A DNA stretch of 63,939 nucleotides, counting the filler, from Dirinaria sp. TL-2023a (taxonomy: Eukaryota), in assembly GCA_051941275.1 (NCBI GenBank). It is 40 parts of 40 records of this genome, joined end to end, with 100 filler letters (N's around TTAATTAATTAA, not from the genome) between each part and the next. Parts side by side here need not be neighbours in the genome. Positions count along the whole stretch, not along the records: positions 51,431 to 52,915 come from JAVEBF010002707.1; positions 53,016 to 54,495 come from JAVEBF010002708.1; positions 54,596 to 56,075 come from JAVEBF010002709.1; positions 56,176 to 57,653 come from JAVEBF010002710.1; positions 57,754 to 59,228 come from JAVEBF010002711.1; positions 59,329 to 60,802 come from JAVEBF010002712.1; positions 60,903 to 62,372 come from JAVEBF010002713.1; positions 62,473 to 63,939 come from JAVEBF010002714.1; 32 more parts are not named here. One strand, written 5' to 3'. The notes beneath the pieces are model-generated. The model was not told the DNA's origin. It worked only from the letters and a program-made list of their open reading frames with translations, and did not search any database. This document shows, one piece after another, positions 51,431 through 63,939 of this stretch; within the stretch, counting starts at the first letter, position 1; each line of letters begins with the position of its first letter. A program made the position numbers and the translations under genes.

Positions 51431-52915
51431 ATCAACACAAACACTAGACACAAACACCTTCTCTCAGCAAGGATTTGAAGATGTGCTGAATACAGCACAA
51501 AAAAATAATCGGCTAAAACGGTTCCGAGGGAAGAGAAGAAGGAGGTACGTGTCCTCATTCGTGTAAATCTATGACGAGCTGATGATTTTCAGACTAAGTG
51601 GATGTCTAAAAGAGATTCTCTAAATTTGTCTACCAATAATCAAATCCATCATGAATGGAAATTGCAGTGACGCTCACCGAAGCTCCAAAATGCATCAGGT
51701 ATTTTCTTCAAGAATTCTATCTACGAGTGTTTCTCTAACTCATAGTCAAAGAGTTGCAGACAAGGAGAAACCCAGCAAAGAGCTTGAGGATGTGCTGTGC
51801 GCAGCACAAGAGAACAATCGCTTGAAGAAAAAGACAATGAGTGATATTTATTCACACCAAAGCTCTGAGGAGGGAAAGGTAGTCGGCACACTTCTCTTTA
51901 AGAGAATTCTCTATACTGTGCAGAAGAGTTATAATGATAGCGCCTTCGAAAAAAAATTGGACGATATGCTACAACCAGCACAAAAAAAATCCAGATTGAA
52001 AAACTTCGAGATGCCGCGGATTCCTTCACTAATCACTCAAGTCACAATGATAAACAATAATTCGCATCAAAGCTCGCAAGAGCAAAAGGTACTTTCTTAA
52101 TCCTGCTCTCCAAGAGAATTCTCTAATTGAAAATAGAAGGACCACGAGAAAGAAAAATCCAAAAAGGACCGAGAAGACGTGCTACAACCAGCACAGAAAA
52201 AACCTCGATTCAAAGCTTTCAAGAAGAAGAAATCGAATAAAATTGTACGCTTCGTCATTACCCACCAGCTAATTATGAGAGGCTGGCGATTCATAGATTG
52301 AGCCAAGAGGAATATTCTGCACTTCCTCCACCAATGACTCAAGTCACCATGACAGGAAATAATGCACATGAAAGCTCGCAAGAGCAAAAAGTAAGTTTCT
52401 CAACACTTCTCTTCAAGAGAATTCTCTAACTTATGACGAAAGTTTTTTACCAATACCTCTTACCTCGATCATCACACATCATGGCAGATCGCTACTGTCA
52501 TTAAAGCTCGAAAGAGCCCAAGGTAATCTTCCCGAAGATTCTCTTCAAGAGAGTTCTCTAATTGAGAATAGAAGGACCACGCAAAAGAAAAATCCAAGAA
52601 GGACCGCGAGGACGTGCTGACCTCATCACCAAAACAGTCTAGATTGAAAATTTTCTCAAGACCAAAAGGTATTTTTTCAAAATTTCTCTTCAAGAGAGTT
52701 CTCTAATTCGCAATGAGAGTAGAATTCAGACACATCCTTTCAAAAAGAATCGAGCCATGTGCTGCAACCAGCACAGAAAAAGTCCCGGTTACAATTGAAA
52801 AAAAAAAAAGGAGCAGGACAGAAATGTATGTTTCGTCGTCGCCTGTTCTGACATTGTGACGATCTAACAGTTTCCAATAGTCCGGGGAGGAGGAGAAGCA
52901 GAGGAGAAAGGGGGA
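51431..52915 (+). CDS. Multi-exon Lys-rich repeat gene or pseudogene built from duplicated exon+intron units
   Basis: An exon motif (K)xxEDVLQPAQKKxRLK occurs six times, alongside six mutually similar 45-55-nt GT..AG segments. Confidence 0.55.
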
Positions 52916-53390
52916 NNNNNNNNNNNNNNNNNNNNNNNNNNNNNNNNNNNNNNNNNNNNTTAATTAATTAANNNNNNNNNNNNNNNNNNNNNNNNNNNNN
53001 NNNNNNNNNNNNNNNTGCTACTCAATTGTGGGTTGTAGTCTTCTTGTTGTATTAGGCAGTCTGTAGAAACTCCTGCAAACTTGTCACATCGCGCCTCTGC
53101 AGCATAAAGTCTCGTGACCCTTGAATACGCACGCTCCTTTGATCCTACATTAGCCTACTACTGCATTCAAGCATGCATCAAGGGGGAATCATGGCTTCTC
53201 TAGATCTTGATTTGCACAGCATCTCTACGTGGACGCTCGGTATTTGGTATGGCCGGTAATTCCGTCGTCGCCCGGAACAGAGGCTGTCTATTATCGGATA
53301 GAGAGGCATGTCATCCCAGGACTCTACAACTATATCATTCTATAGTGACCCCTTCGCTATCTCTTCATCAATCCGAGATTGTCAACAGCA

Positions 53391-54495
53391 ATGGCCGCCA
53401 CAACAGCTAGCCCTCTCCTTTCTGAACGTATCGAAGTGGTCAAGAAAGAGCTTGAATCACTCACGATTTCCACCAAAGGCGACGAAGAAGCGCGCAAGTC
53501 CCTACTAGCAGTTTCCCAACAGACAACGAATGCTTTGCAGTCGGCCTACGAGGCGATATGGCGTTTCTTTTACGAGGTTAGGAAAGATACATCTCGTGTC
53601 CATGTCCATCCGTTCATGAAATCGAAGGATCTAAACTGACTACTTGCCCATAGCCCGCATTGACAGCCAGCTTGAAGATCGCTTTAGACTTGGGAATCAT
53701 CGAACAGCTGAACAACGCTCAGGGACCACTAAGCGCCTCCACCCTAATCAAGTCAACCGGCGCCGACAAGGTTCTTGTTGGTTCGTCGTTGCTTTGATAT
53801 ACCTCTAAGACTCAATATGCAAAGCTAATTGTGCTCAGTGCGTCTCCTCAGAACCCTCGCCGTCGCAGGAATCATTGTCGAAACCGGTTTCGAAACCTAC
53901 CAAGCCGGCCCCGTTGCTCAAGGGTTTGCTACCACCCCATCCGTCTGCGGGTTCAATTTCATGTAAGCAACCCACCAGCATACATTCCACGACCCAGACA
54001 CCACCCCGTCACTAACTGACACCAACCCCAGATTCGAACTCGGAACCTCCGTCTTCCACAAACTCCCTTCCTACCTCTCCCGCACACACTACAAAAACCC
54101 CAGCAGCTCCCCCGGCCCCTTTGAATACGCGCTCGACACCCCGCTCAGCCTATTCGACTACCTGAAACAGCATCCAGAACAACTGCGCAACTTCAATATT
54201 TTCATGGGCGACCATCGCGCCACGCGAGCGGATTGGTTCGACCTGCACCCCGTCAACGAAATTCTATACTCGGGCTTCGACAACAGCCGCGGAAGCGAGA
54301 GCGTGCTGATGGTGGACGTAGGCGGCGGAAGCGGGTACAATCTTCAGAATTTCAAGAACAAGCACCCGGATGCGCCGGGGAAACTGATCGTGCAAGATAT
54401 GCCCGCTGTGATCGACGACATCAAAGAGTTGGACGAGAGTATAATCCGCATGGGATATGATTTCTTTACTCCACAGCCAGTGAAAGGTATATATC
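53391..54495 (+). CDS. SAM-dependent O-methyltransferase (secondary-metabolism type), multi-exon, 3' truncated
   Basis: LKIALDLGI, RLLRTL, LMVDVGGGSG, LIVQDMPAVI and YDFFTPQPVKG, with GT-AG introns. Confidence 0.93.
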
Positions 54496-55839
54496 NNNNN
54501 NNNNNNNNNNNNNNNNNNNNNNNNNNNNNNNNNNNNNNNTTAATTAATTAANNNNNNNNNNNNNNNNNNNNNNNNNNNNNNNNNNNNNNNNNNNNCTCTC
54601 TCTCTCTCTCTCTCTACAATTTTAACACACTTATCTTTTTAAATCAAACTCTCTATTGCCTTGCTTGCTTCCTCTGCCTTTGCGGTTTTTGGTTTTCGGG
54701 TTCTAATTTTGAAGGTGTGGGGGTGGGGTTTTTTAATTGGTTGTTGAAAAAAAGATGAGAGAGATTTGTTTGATATTATACATATATACTCTCTATATAG
54801 AACAAGAAGAGGTTAAATCATTCGCATTTGATTTCCGGGGTTTTTACTTCCTTGCTTTTGCTTTGGATGGTGAGGTGAGGTTAAGGTAGATAGATAGGGG
54901 AGTAACGCGGTGATACTAAAGTACACGTAGAATGTTTACTTCATCGCAGTCTGCACGCATTCTCTTCTCTCTGCTACTTCAAAAAGATTATCATTCCCGC
55001 CTGCGGTTCCCAGATCCTGTGCACACCATGCATGCTACTATACAACTTTTGGCCTTCGTTTTGATGAGCCCAGTGGCTTCGTCCACCTGTACGAGCCTCC
55101 CATGGAAGGTCGTCAAGGTCCTGAGGCCACAACGTGTGGCTGGGTGCTAATCAGACCCCTAGGCTGTTGTTGGTCCTGACATTCAGGAACGTGCGCAGAG
55201 GATAAGGCAGTTGAAGAGAAAGGCTATGATCTATGTGGACACTTGCGATTGTGCAGGAGTTGTTAAGCTAAAGTGTGCTGTCAAGTTAGGAACAACAATG
55301 ATGAGATGATACTACTACCTTGTTATTGTCCAGAAGCTTGAAAATACATAGGGACAAAGACCTGATTATTGGCCTACAACTAGCTGGCATTTCGATGATA
55401 GTCCTGTCGGCTACCTTACCTATCGCATAGGGTTCCCAGGAACAGCTAGCACTATCCCATGCGAAGCTTACCTTGATTTGGCACTAGTCATTCGTATCTT
55501 TGTGCGCTAAAGAATCGCTATTCGGAGAATGTTTCTTTTTGATTCACTCGTTTTGTGCGGAAGAAAGGGGGGTGTGAGGGGAAAGAATGAGATGGAATTC
55601 CTACTCCTTCTTAGCGTAGGATATATCGGTGGATTTCGAATACAAAGAGATTGGAGAGAGATATTGGTTTTAAGAGTGGGTGAGTGAGGGAAGGGGGAAA
55701 TGCGGTTGGGATTTTGTGAGATTGGAAGCCTGGACGGTGGGGATATATTGTATGAAGTTGGTGAGAGCTTGACGGAGGCTGTGTGTTTTTTTTTTTTTTT
55801 TTTTTTATTTTTTTTCCCCCTTTCTTTCTTCTTTCTTTT

Positions 55840-55874
<35 letters not shown>

Positions 55875-56175
55875 TTCAAGTATTAGACAGACAGGGTCTG
55901 AGAAAGATCAGAGAGATAGGGTAGGGGCAAAATAGAAGAAAACTGGAAGAAGAAAAAAAAATTAAAATAAAAAAATAGAAAGAGAGAAAAGGAGAGAAAA
56001 GATGATGCGAATGTGTTTCTGAAACTAGTAATCTTTGATATGTTTAGTTGATTTCATTTTTATCATAGCGAAGGGNNNNNNNNNNNNNNNNNNNNNNNNN
56101 NNNNNNNNNNNNNNNNNNNTTAATTAATTAANNNNNNNNNNNNNNNNNNNNNNNNNNNNNNNNNNNNNNNNNNNN

Positions 56176-56870
56176 CTCTCACGCTGACAGCCACCTTGTC
56201 GTCCACCCTGACAATGACACCCTCAGCAGCTACCTTTTCAACAGCAGCAGCAGTCACTGGCGCATCGACTCCAGCATCCATGGCACCATCTGCAGCAGTG
56301 ACTCCAGCATCATCTCCAGCATCCGTCGTCTCCTCTGCAGCAGTCACTCCGGGATCATCTCCAGCACCCGTAGCTCCCTCCGCAGCAGTGTCTCCAGCAT
56401 CATCTCCAGCAGTCTCCTCCGCGCCATCAGGCACCATGGCAGCCATCTCCTCAACACCGACAACAGCGGCTGCCATGTCCGGCCCAAGCTCAGGAGCCGC
56501 AGCCTCGAGCGGTGCTAGCTCCAGCAATACCACTCCATCAACTCCATCCAGCGCCGCCGCCGCCGCCGCAGCCTCAACACCCAACAATGGCTCTTCCCCA
56601 ACAACCTTCGACTACAGCACCGTCACCAGCACGTCGACGTCCACAAACACATACACCTGGACCGCGCCGTACCCGTATGCCAACGGCACCAACCCTGCCT
56701 ATGGAACGGGCACGGGCACCGCATCTGCAGGTACTGCGACGGGCTCCTCGGGCTACTATTATCCGGCGCAGACGTCGGGGATCACGTATGCGAAGGGCGA
56801 TGCGGCGCCCAGGAGGAGCGTGGGCGGGTTTTTGGTTTTCTTGACCGGGGCGTTGCTGCTGGTTCAGTGA
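56176..56870 (+). CDS. Ser/Thr/Ala/Pro-rich cell-surface protein with GPI-type C-terminus, 5' truncated
   Basis: Repeats PSAAVTPASSPA, an NGT sequon, and the tail YAKGDAAPRRSVGGFLVFLTGALLLVQ*. Confidence 0.85.
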
Positions 56871-59126
56871 CGGGCATTGTCTTAGGTTCTTCTTACTTCT
56901 GTAGCAGGGATGGGGAGGAGATGGGGAGGGGCTTCTCCCACTCTGTGATGACTAACTAAGATTGTTTTTTTTTTTTTTTTTTAATTACTGTTCACTTCGA
57001 AGGATGTTGATTTAAGTAATTTGAATAGCGGAAAGTAGTATTGAATGGATTCTGTTTCGGCACACGCATCCAATACTGGAATCAAAGCACTGTAGCGTCT
57101 GGATCATGTGATCTTAGAGTATGATCGGAATAGTTAACGCTGTCATAGTGAATGCCGATATGCCTCTATATATATATATCTCGATCCCCGCCAGCTATAC
57201 GAATCGATAAGATCGATGCTATAAGTCCCCTTATTGGATAATAACATTTGATTAATGCAACTGGTTATTGGAAGTCCTTTATCTGGAGGCATAACCAGGT
57301 GCCTATATAGACAGACATTGAGTGTTTGTTTGTTTGATTGGCCTATCTGGTTGTCATGAATGTAAGGTAAGGGAAAAAAAAATGAAAGAAATCAAAGAAA
57401 TTTATCTACGATAGCATGCAAATACCTATCCTGCATCGGTCGAATCATGCATGGTAAGACTGATTTCCAACACCCCTGGCTCAGGTCGCCCAATCATCAC
57501 CGCTAATAATACGAGACTGAGTAGAAGTCGGCTTTGAGGATCCCGGAAGGGGGGGGGCCACCCCAAACTTACGCACCCCTCTTGCGCGCCCCTAAAAATG
57601 GCTGCTCGCCTAGAAAATAAATAAAGTCCTAAAGATGACGAGGGGCGCTGTAGNNNNNNNNNNNNNNNNNNNNNNNNNNNNNNNNNNNNNNNNNNNNTTA
57701 ATTAATTAANNNNNNNNNNNNNNNNNNNNNNNNNNNNNNNNNNNNNNNNNNNNATAAAAAAAAAAAAAAAAAAAAAAAAAAACAATTCTATATACAGCAT
57801 CTGAAGTGGGTGCAAAAAAAAAGACCTATCCTTCTTCTTTATCAAAGACCTTGAATCAAAAGGCTACCAATACAACCCCGCTTATGGGGAATATAGCGGT
57901 TTCAACCCGAGGCATGGTTCAATTCAAAGAGCTCATATTCATGAACACGATCCTCTGAAGACAGTCGCCGGACAGATAGACTACGGGCGGGTATCGATGG
58001 CTGAGATCGCTCGAAGGTTGACATCGGCACACGAGATAAGACTAAGTAAAAAGCGATCAAGGGCTGGCTTTTTGAGTAATCGACTGAAGCGTGCTTATGG
58101 AATATCAATTCCTTACGTAGTTGGCGCCATGAGCGGACTGAGTACATTCTCGTCCTCATAAAGCAAGTTTGTAGTCGTGAAAGGTCAAAATCCGGTACTA
58201 AGGGCTCTCGTCAGTGAGATGCACCGACGATAGTGTCCTAGAGAAAGTAATGAGCTTGGTCCTCATTTACGTTCTTGGAATCTTTCCGCAATATCTAGGA
58301 GACAAGATATATATAGTTTCCAATGTGTACAGATCACGACTAAAATTGAGCAATTAGCAACAGTGCCGGGTGATGATAGAGCAATGGAATGGATATTTAT
58401 GCCTTTGGATTTGGGGCAGGCATATCTGATCTTTTAGCTTCCTAGTTGAGTAGGCGAATATGTACCTCGACTTCAGTGTCTGGAAATACTCAAAAAAAGT
58501 CCAGAGACTGGGATTTTCCATTTTTTGCTTGGGCCCTTGAGAAATATAGTTCCGAGTATGCTATCGTTGTCGTATTAATTCGACATGGATAATATGACAT
58601 AGAGATCTCCTACCTCGAAGACCGAGCAATTTTGGAGACGCTACAGTTCCTGGGTCGACGCAATCCGCGCTGATACTTATTTTCACCCATCAGCCATCTC
58701 CAATCAGTTGATGCCTAACGGTCGATTTTATGTAGAGAACTACTCCAGCAGGGCGCATAACTTCACGCGAAAACGAGATCATAGATTGACGATGGACTAA
58801 TTCGCCATTGAAGTGCCATTTCTAAACAGGCAATTCGGATTGTCGATAGTACATAGAATTCGAAAAAGAATGAGTACCTTACTTACCGTACCTCCTTACC
58901 TTACCTAGGCGAGACAAAATTCAGCCCTAACCCTAAAACGATTTTCTGACGAAGTTTCTTCCTAATGACCGGCGACCCCCAGGAGCGAAGCGACTGGGGG
59001 CGCGTCGGTTCCAGCAGTCAGTAAAGGCAGCACAAGAGTGACAAAAATTTTGAGCTTCGGTTTGATTGAGCGTGTCAAGAAATTTAAAAGAAAAAGTTTA
59101 TATTTTCTATTATGCCTAAACTTTCC

Positions 59127-59228
59127 GCCTTCGGGCATTTGGTCAATTTGAAACGATACAGAGAAGATTAGCATGGCCCCTGCACTAAGGATGACACGCT
59201 CAATCAAAGAGAAGCTCAAAATTTTTTT
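59127..59228 (+). ncRNA. U6 snRNA
   Basis: 5' stem GCCTTCGGGC, then GATACAGAGAAGATTAGCATGGCCCCTGC..AAGGATGACACG (ACAGAGA box, AGC triad), an oligo-T end, and a TATA-like TTTATA about 30 nt upstream. Confidence 0.97.
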
Positions 59229-59800
59229 NNNNNNNNNNNNNNNNNNNNNNNNNNNNNNNNNNNNNNNNNNNNTTAATTAATTAANNNNNNNNNNNNNNNN
59301 NNNNNNNNNNNNNNNNNNNNNNNNNNNNCAATCTCCATGCGCCATGACTGATTCAAACGCCATAACACCCTCAAAAGCCCTGCGCGGCAGATATCTCTAC
59401 ATCGTCAAGATCTGTTTAGACACCTTATCAAAGTCCTACGCGATAGACAATACACACATAGCGAGTCGACTACAAAAGACGCTTTTCTAATGTCAACACA
59501 AACGACGAGTCTGCTACAAAAGACACTTTTCTACGTTATCAACACACACAGCAGATCTGCTACAAAAGACACAAAACATCGATGCAGAGTCAATCTCTAT
59601 TGATCAGAATATTAGAATACGAACTTGAGAGGAATGAAGTCGTCATACATGATATAAACGCTACGAATTGAATCTACAACAACACCTTACTATGGACTGG
59701 ATTGCTAGAATAATTGGATCTTCACAAACGCCTTATAATACAGAATAGGATAAGGCTTGTATGAAGTCATGAGGACATGGCTTGTTGGAGGGGGAGATAG

Positions 59801-60016
59801 TGTTACGAGCATGCATCTGATATACTATCTGAGGCAACACCTCCCAGGGTTCTCAGGGGTAATGCGCTAACCCGATCGGGGTACGCGACACTCGCACGCG
59901 TATATATCTGAGATTTTCATTGTATCTAGCTTCTCTTCTTCTTCTTTTCTTCCTTAGTGATAATATCCTTAGTTAATCATACCTGCATTAATCAGAGCTC
60001 TGCACCGGTTCTAACA
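59801..60016 (+). mobile_element. 3' LTR (216 bp) with preceding PPT; termini related to family D
   Basis: GGAGGGGGAGATAG, then TGTTACGAGC...CTGCACCGGTTCTAACA. Confidence 0.85.
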
Positions 60017-60558
60017 GTCGCTCGCTTAAAAATTGATTGAAGTCTATCTTACTCGTTCTCAGCTGTGTAAGTAAAGCGCTGTGTGACTTCGCTCGATCAT
60101 CGTGAAGTCGCATATGACGCTGAGTTATCGTAAACTTCAACGCGCGATAATGAGTTTCGTTGATATCTTCTTTTTATTTTCTTCGTCATTCTGCGCGAAT
60201 TTATTTTTGAATCAGCGCTGCTCTGACAGCAGATTCACACGTCAGTTGATCGAGCAGCGAATATTTGTGTGTCTCGTTGACTACTTTATTCGTTTTTTCA
60301 TTATCTTTTATTTCTTTGTGATCGAGTATTCAGTGAAATTCGAGTGAAATTTTTTTTTCTCGTATCGTCTCGCACGCGCTCTGTATGCGTCGCAGACTTG
60401 ATTAATCTGTTGTCGAAATCATTGTGTGTATCATTTTTAGTGAGATTTGACTGTCTGAGTAAACTTTATACACTCTGTCTACGCAGTTGTCATTTCTTTC
60501 GCAGTGAGTTGTCAGTTTCTCAATCTCGATAATGAGTTTCTCGAGTTTCTCGTGATGT
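60017..60558 (-). mobile_element. Tad1-like LINE ORF2 RNase H region, mutated
   Basis: VYSDSQISLK...LEFH*ILDHKEIKDNEKTNKV (decayed WVPGH..GNE.AD), followed by LLTQLRTSKIDFNQFL. Confidence 0.88.
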
Positions 60559-60802
60559 TGTCATGAATCAGACCTCTATGGGCCTAATCACATAATTGGG
60601 TCACATGATTGCATGGATCCTGAACCGTGAAGCAGAGTCCCTGGATATCACATGTGTGTGGAAAGATCTATATCAAGTGTTTTGCTAGAGATGTTGTGTT
60701 TTTGCCTGATCAGGTTTAGCGTTCTCGAATCGATGTTGTTTCGATCTCACATTTAAATCTATCTGTATTTAGATTTCCTTTTCCTTTTCTTCTTCATAGA
60801 TA
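60559..60802 (+). mobile_element. LTR family A, truncated by contig end
   Basis: Reverse complement of about 2456..2699. Confidence 0.9.
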
Positions 60803-60991
60803 NNNNNNNNNNNNNNNNNNNNNNNNNNNNNNNNNNNNNNNNNNNNTTAATTAATTAANNNNNNNNNNNNNNNNNNNNNNNNNNNNNNNNNNNNNNNNNN
60901 NNGTCTTCTTCCTCCCCCCCTCAGCACCCGCGCCTTCTCCTCCGGGCCCATTCACCCAGACTCCAACAAAAGAAGAAGAAAAAGAGGAACC

Positions 60992-62182
60992 ATGCCACCA
61001 CATACGCGGGTGCTCATAATCGGCTCCGGCCCCGCGGCACACACAGCGGCCATCTACCTGTCGCGGGCGGAACTCAAACCGGTGCTCTACGAGGGGATGC
61101 TCGCGAACGGGATCGCGGCGGGGGGGCAGCTGACCACGACCACGGACGTGGAGAACTATCCCGGTTTTGCGCAAGGGGTCGGGGGCACGGAACTGATGGA
61201 GGCGATGCGGGCGCAGAGCGCGCGCTTCGGGACCGAGATCCGCACCGAGACTGTTGCGAGGGTGGATTTCTCCGCACGGCCGTTTCGAGCTTGGGTTGAA
61301 GACGAAGAAGAAAATGCGGCCATCACAGCAGACGCGGTGATCATCGCCACTGGCGCCAGCGCCCGCCGCCTCGATCTGCGGGGGGAAGACAAGTACTGGC
61401 AGAACGGGATCAGCGCGTGCGCGGTGTGCGATGGGGCGGTGCCCATCTTCCGTCAGAAACCCTTGGTCGTGATCGGCGGCGGGGACTCGGCGGCCGAGGA
61501 GGCCATGTTCCTGACCAAGTACGGCAAATCCGTGACGGTGCTGGTGCGCAAGGACCACCTGCGGGCGAGCAAGACGATGGCGAAGCGCCTGCTCGCGAAC
61601 CCGAAGGTGGATGTGAGGTTCAACACCGTCGCGACGGAGGTGGTTGGGGAAGATGGGCCAAGGGGGCTGATGACGGGGCTGAAGGTGAAGGATGTGCGCA
61701 GCGACGGCGACGGCAAGGAGGAGGTGTTGCAGGCTAATGGCTTGTTTTATGCCGTGGGCCATGATCCCGCGACGAAGATGTTCCGAGGGATCGTCGACAT
61801 GGATGAGGACGGGTATATCCTCACGAAACCGGGCACGAGCTACACGAACGTCGAGGGCGTGTTTGCGGCGGGCGATGTCCAGGATAAGAGGTATCGCCAG
61901 GCTATCACCAGCGCCGGTATGGAATCCCTCTTTCCCCCCTCCAACATGTACATACATCTAACAAATAAAACAGGATCCGGCTGCATCGCAGCGCTCGAAG
62001 CGGAGAAATTCCTCGCCGAGCAAGACGACATCGAGGATGTCCCCGACGGCATCAGAGACAACGATGACAGCAACACAAAGCAAGCTGAGAAAGCGACGCA
62101 GAACGGAGATACGGCCGCTGCTGCCCCTGAGTATAGACGGAACCCCATCCTGGCGGAGACTTCGAAGGGGAGTAAAGTATAG
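60992..62182 (+). CDS. TRR1: Thioredoxin reductase (low-MW type), in-frame intron 61917..61973
   Basis: [40 protein letters not shown] (CxxC), [10 protein letters not shown] and [26 protein letters not shown]. Confidence 0.98.
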   Translation: MPPHTRVLIIGSGPAAHTAAIYLSRAELKPVLYEGMLANGIAAGGQLTTTTDVENYPGFAQGVGGTELMEAMRAQSARFGTEIRTETVARVDFSARPFRAWVEDEEENAAITADAVIIATGASARRLDLRGEDKYWQNGISACAVCDGAVPIFRQKPLVVIGGGDSAAEEAMFLTKYGKSVTVLVRKDHLRASKTMAKRLLANPKVDVRFNTVATEVVGEDGPRGLMTGLKVKDVRSDGDGKEEVLQANGLFYAVGHDPATKMFRGIVDMDEDGYILTKPGTSYTNVEGVFAAGDVQDKRYRQAITSAGMESLFPPSNMYIHLTNKTGSGCIAALEAEKFLAEQDDIEDVPDGIRDNDDSNTKQAEKATQNGDTAAAAPEYRRNPILAETSKGSKV

Positions 62183-63939
62183 AGAGAAGAAAAAAGGGTC
62201 ACTGCTTTTGGGGTTTTGTGGGGAGAAAGAGGGGGGGCGCTTGGTTAAGAAGTGGAGAACGATAGAAGAAGCTCTCAGGACGAGAGCGATGGGGTCATTA
62301 GAAAAGGAATTGCATACTAAGGTACTAAGGTACCTAGCCCGTGGTAGACTACTTTCCACGAGAGAAGAGGGGNNNNNNNNNNNNNNNNNNNNNNNNNNNN
62401 NNNNNNNNNNNNNNNNTTAATTAATTAANNNNNNNNNNNNNNNNNNNNNNNNNNNNNNNNNNNNNNNNNNNNATAGGTAGACCGCAGGGCTCCGGGTAAT
62501 AGTAATATCGGGTATATAGTAACCCACAAATGCTCGCTTTTCTTATAGATGTTAGGCAACTAATCACACACATACAAACTGCCAAACATAGGTGCAATTG
62601 ACCTCATAAAAACCTCCTAAATCTGACATTAACAAAACTGGTGGCAGTTAGTGTATCTCTCTTACTTTTTTAAATTTCACTTTTCTCTCTGGATTTCTCT
62701 CCAGAAGATTACAGTGATTACTTACCCCACATCAAGCTACTTTATAGTAACATCCACCATTACATCCTCATCCATCGAAATCTATAGAACACAAATCTAC
62801 ACATCCACAATCAACATCTCCGTACAGACATATCAATAAATCATCAATAACGCAATTTCTCTCATAAAAACTTTTCTCCGCTTCACTAAACGCCCGTCTA
62901 ATATCAAATAGCATCACTTTCCAACCATCGCGCATGCTCAAATTATCACTCGACCCTATCATTGGCCTTCAAACCAGTCAGCTCTCACCACAATAAATAA
63001 TCATTCACCTACGCGAATTAAAATCATCCAATCTTACGCCTTGCGCAAACTCAAAAATCAAAAACTGCGCTCATCATCGTCGCGTAGATTCTAAACCTGA
63101 GTTCTGAATTCGAGTCTCTATTTTTGCAGCTTCGCGATCGTAGTAGTATATATCAAGATGTTAAAGATGATATCAGAACTTTGAGCACAGAAGACACGAA
63201 AAGCTTTCCGAGATGAGCAGTCGAAATCGTTCGATTCAGAAAACACTGGATGCTATGAAGAAACATCATCGAAATGCAAGAATATCTATGATAATACAGA
63301 ATCTAACAGAGACAAGAAAGATATAGATAGTCCGATCAATGACAATGATCTCGAAACATCTTTACTTCGCAGCCCACAATTTCAAAGCATAATCCACTCC
63401 CCTCGATTTGAATCCCAGCAACACTCTACCATCAAAAGGTTCTTCCCTTCCTCCATTCACACCCATATCCCCAACTCTCCCTTGCGCCTCTCCTTCCTCC
63501 GAGGCTCTTGAGAAACATCTACATTCCATTCTGTGAACACTTTTCTTACCCAAACATTATATCCGACACGCGCAATCGTTAACGCTACTCCTATCCTCCT
63601 CTGGCCTGTATAAAAGCCAATATGAATCGTTGATCTCTACAGCCCTTATTTTCTCCCCACATGAACAGGTTCATGTCAATGTTGGATACCATTCTATTTT
63701 ATCTAAACAAAACCGTATTTAATTAATCGACGATGAAGGCATCGCCATCGATACCATTCTACTCAAACAAAATCACTACTCAATAGGTCCACTCCAAAAA
63801 AATTAATCAACTTGATCTATATCCAAACCCCTTAAAAAGCCCATCTACCCGAAGGAATGACCTTCATAAAGTCCCCAGAACACAGAATAAAATAGGTAGG
63901 TAGCTGGAGAGTGGAGTTGATGAAAAATAAAGAGGAGGG

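Noticed and set aside
51431..52915. CRISPR-like repeat-spacer pattern
   Set aside because: The context is eukaryotic, the repeats are degenerate and irregularly spaced, and they coincide with splice signals.
41892..54495. Monooxygenase, acetyltransferase and O-methyltransferase as a biosynthetic gene cluster
   Set aside because: They lie on separate contigs ordered by length, so adjacency carries no information.
58924..58936. CCCTAACCCTAA as a telomerase RNA template
   Set aside because: Filamentous ascomycete telomerase RNAs extend far 3' of the template. On this strand such a transcript would run into U6 within about 190 nt, and no other supporting domains are seen.
60851..61957. Long antisense ORFs over TRR1 (also over the FAD monooxygenase and the GPCR)
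   Set aside because: These are shadow ORFs caused by high GC3 codon bias.
1531..62472. Regularly spaced TTAATTAATTAA palindromes resembling a repeat array
   Set aside because: They sit inside N runs at every contig join and are an artificial six-frame-stop linker. ORFs ending in XXX..LIN are artefacts.

Overview
This window is not contiguous genome. It is 40 unplaced contigs of about 1.47-1.53 kb, ordered by decreasing length and joined by 39 artificial 100-nt linkers (N44-TTAATTAATTAA-N44), so no synteny can be inferred across linkers. The organism is a filamentous ascomycete (Pezizomycotina): it has short GT-AG introns with CTAAC-like branch points, fungal gene families, a fungal U6 snRNA and RIP-like decayed transposons. 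Recognisable gene fragments are thioredoxin reductase (complete), mitochondrial uL5m/MRPL7, an RGS-domain GPCR (GprK-like), a Pth11-like membrane protein, a FAD monooxygenase, an O-methyltransferase, a HAD hydrolase, a maltose O-acetyltransferase-like protein, a DPBB protein, a GPI-type protein and small secreted or repeat proteins. Roughly a third of the contigs are nested Ty3/Gypsy, Ty1/Copia or Tad1-like LINE remnants, solo LTRs and MITE-like elements. The most notable observations are: (1) a 490-bp TRIM-like mini-retrotransposon with a self-priming PBS and candidate Pol III A/B boxes; (2) RIP-like mutation dominated by CpC->TpC rather than canonical CpA; (3) a U6 gene with an upstream inverted copy of its own 3' end; (4) a gene built of duplicated exon+intron units; (5) a His/Pro decapeptide-repeat protein with a Cys/His tail; (6) mutated intron-containing patatin and TPR-like genes that may be mobile-element cargo. 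All family calls come from manual motif recognition, not database searches.
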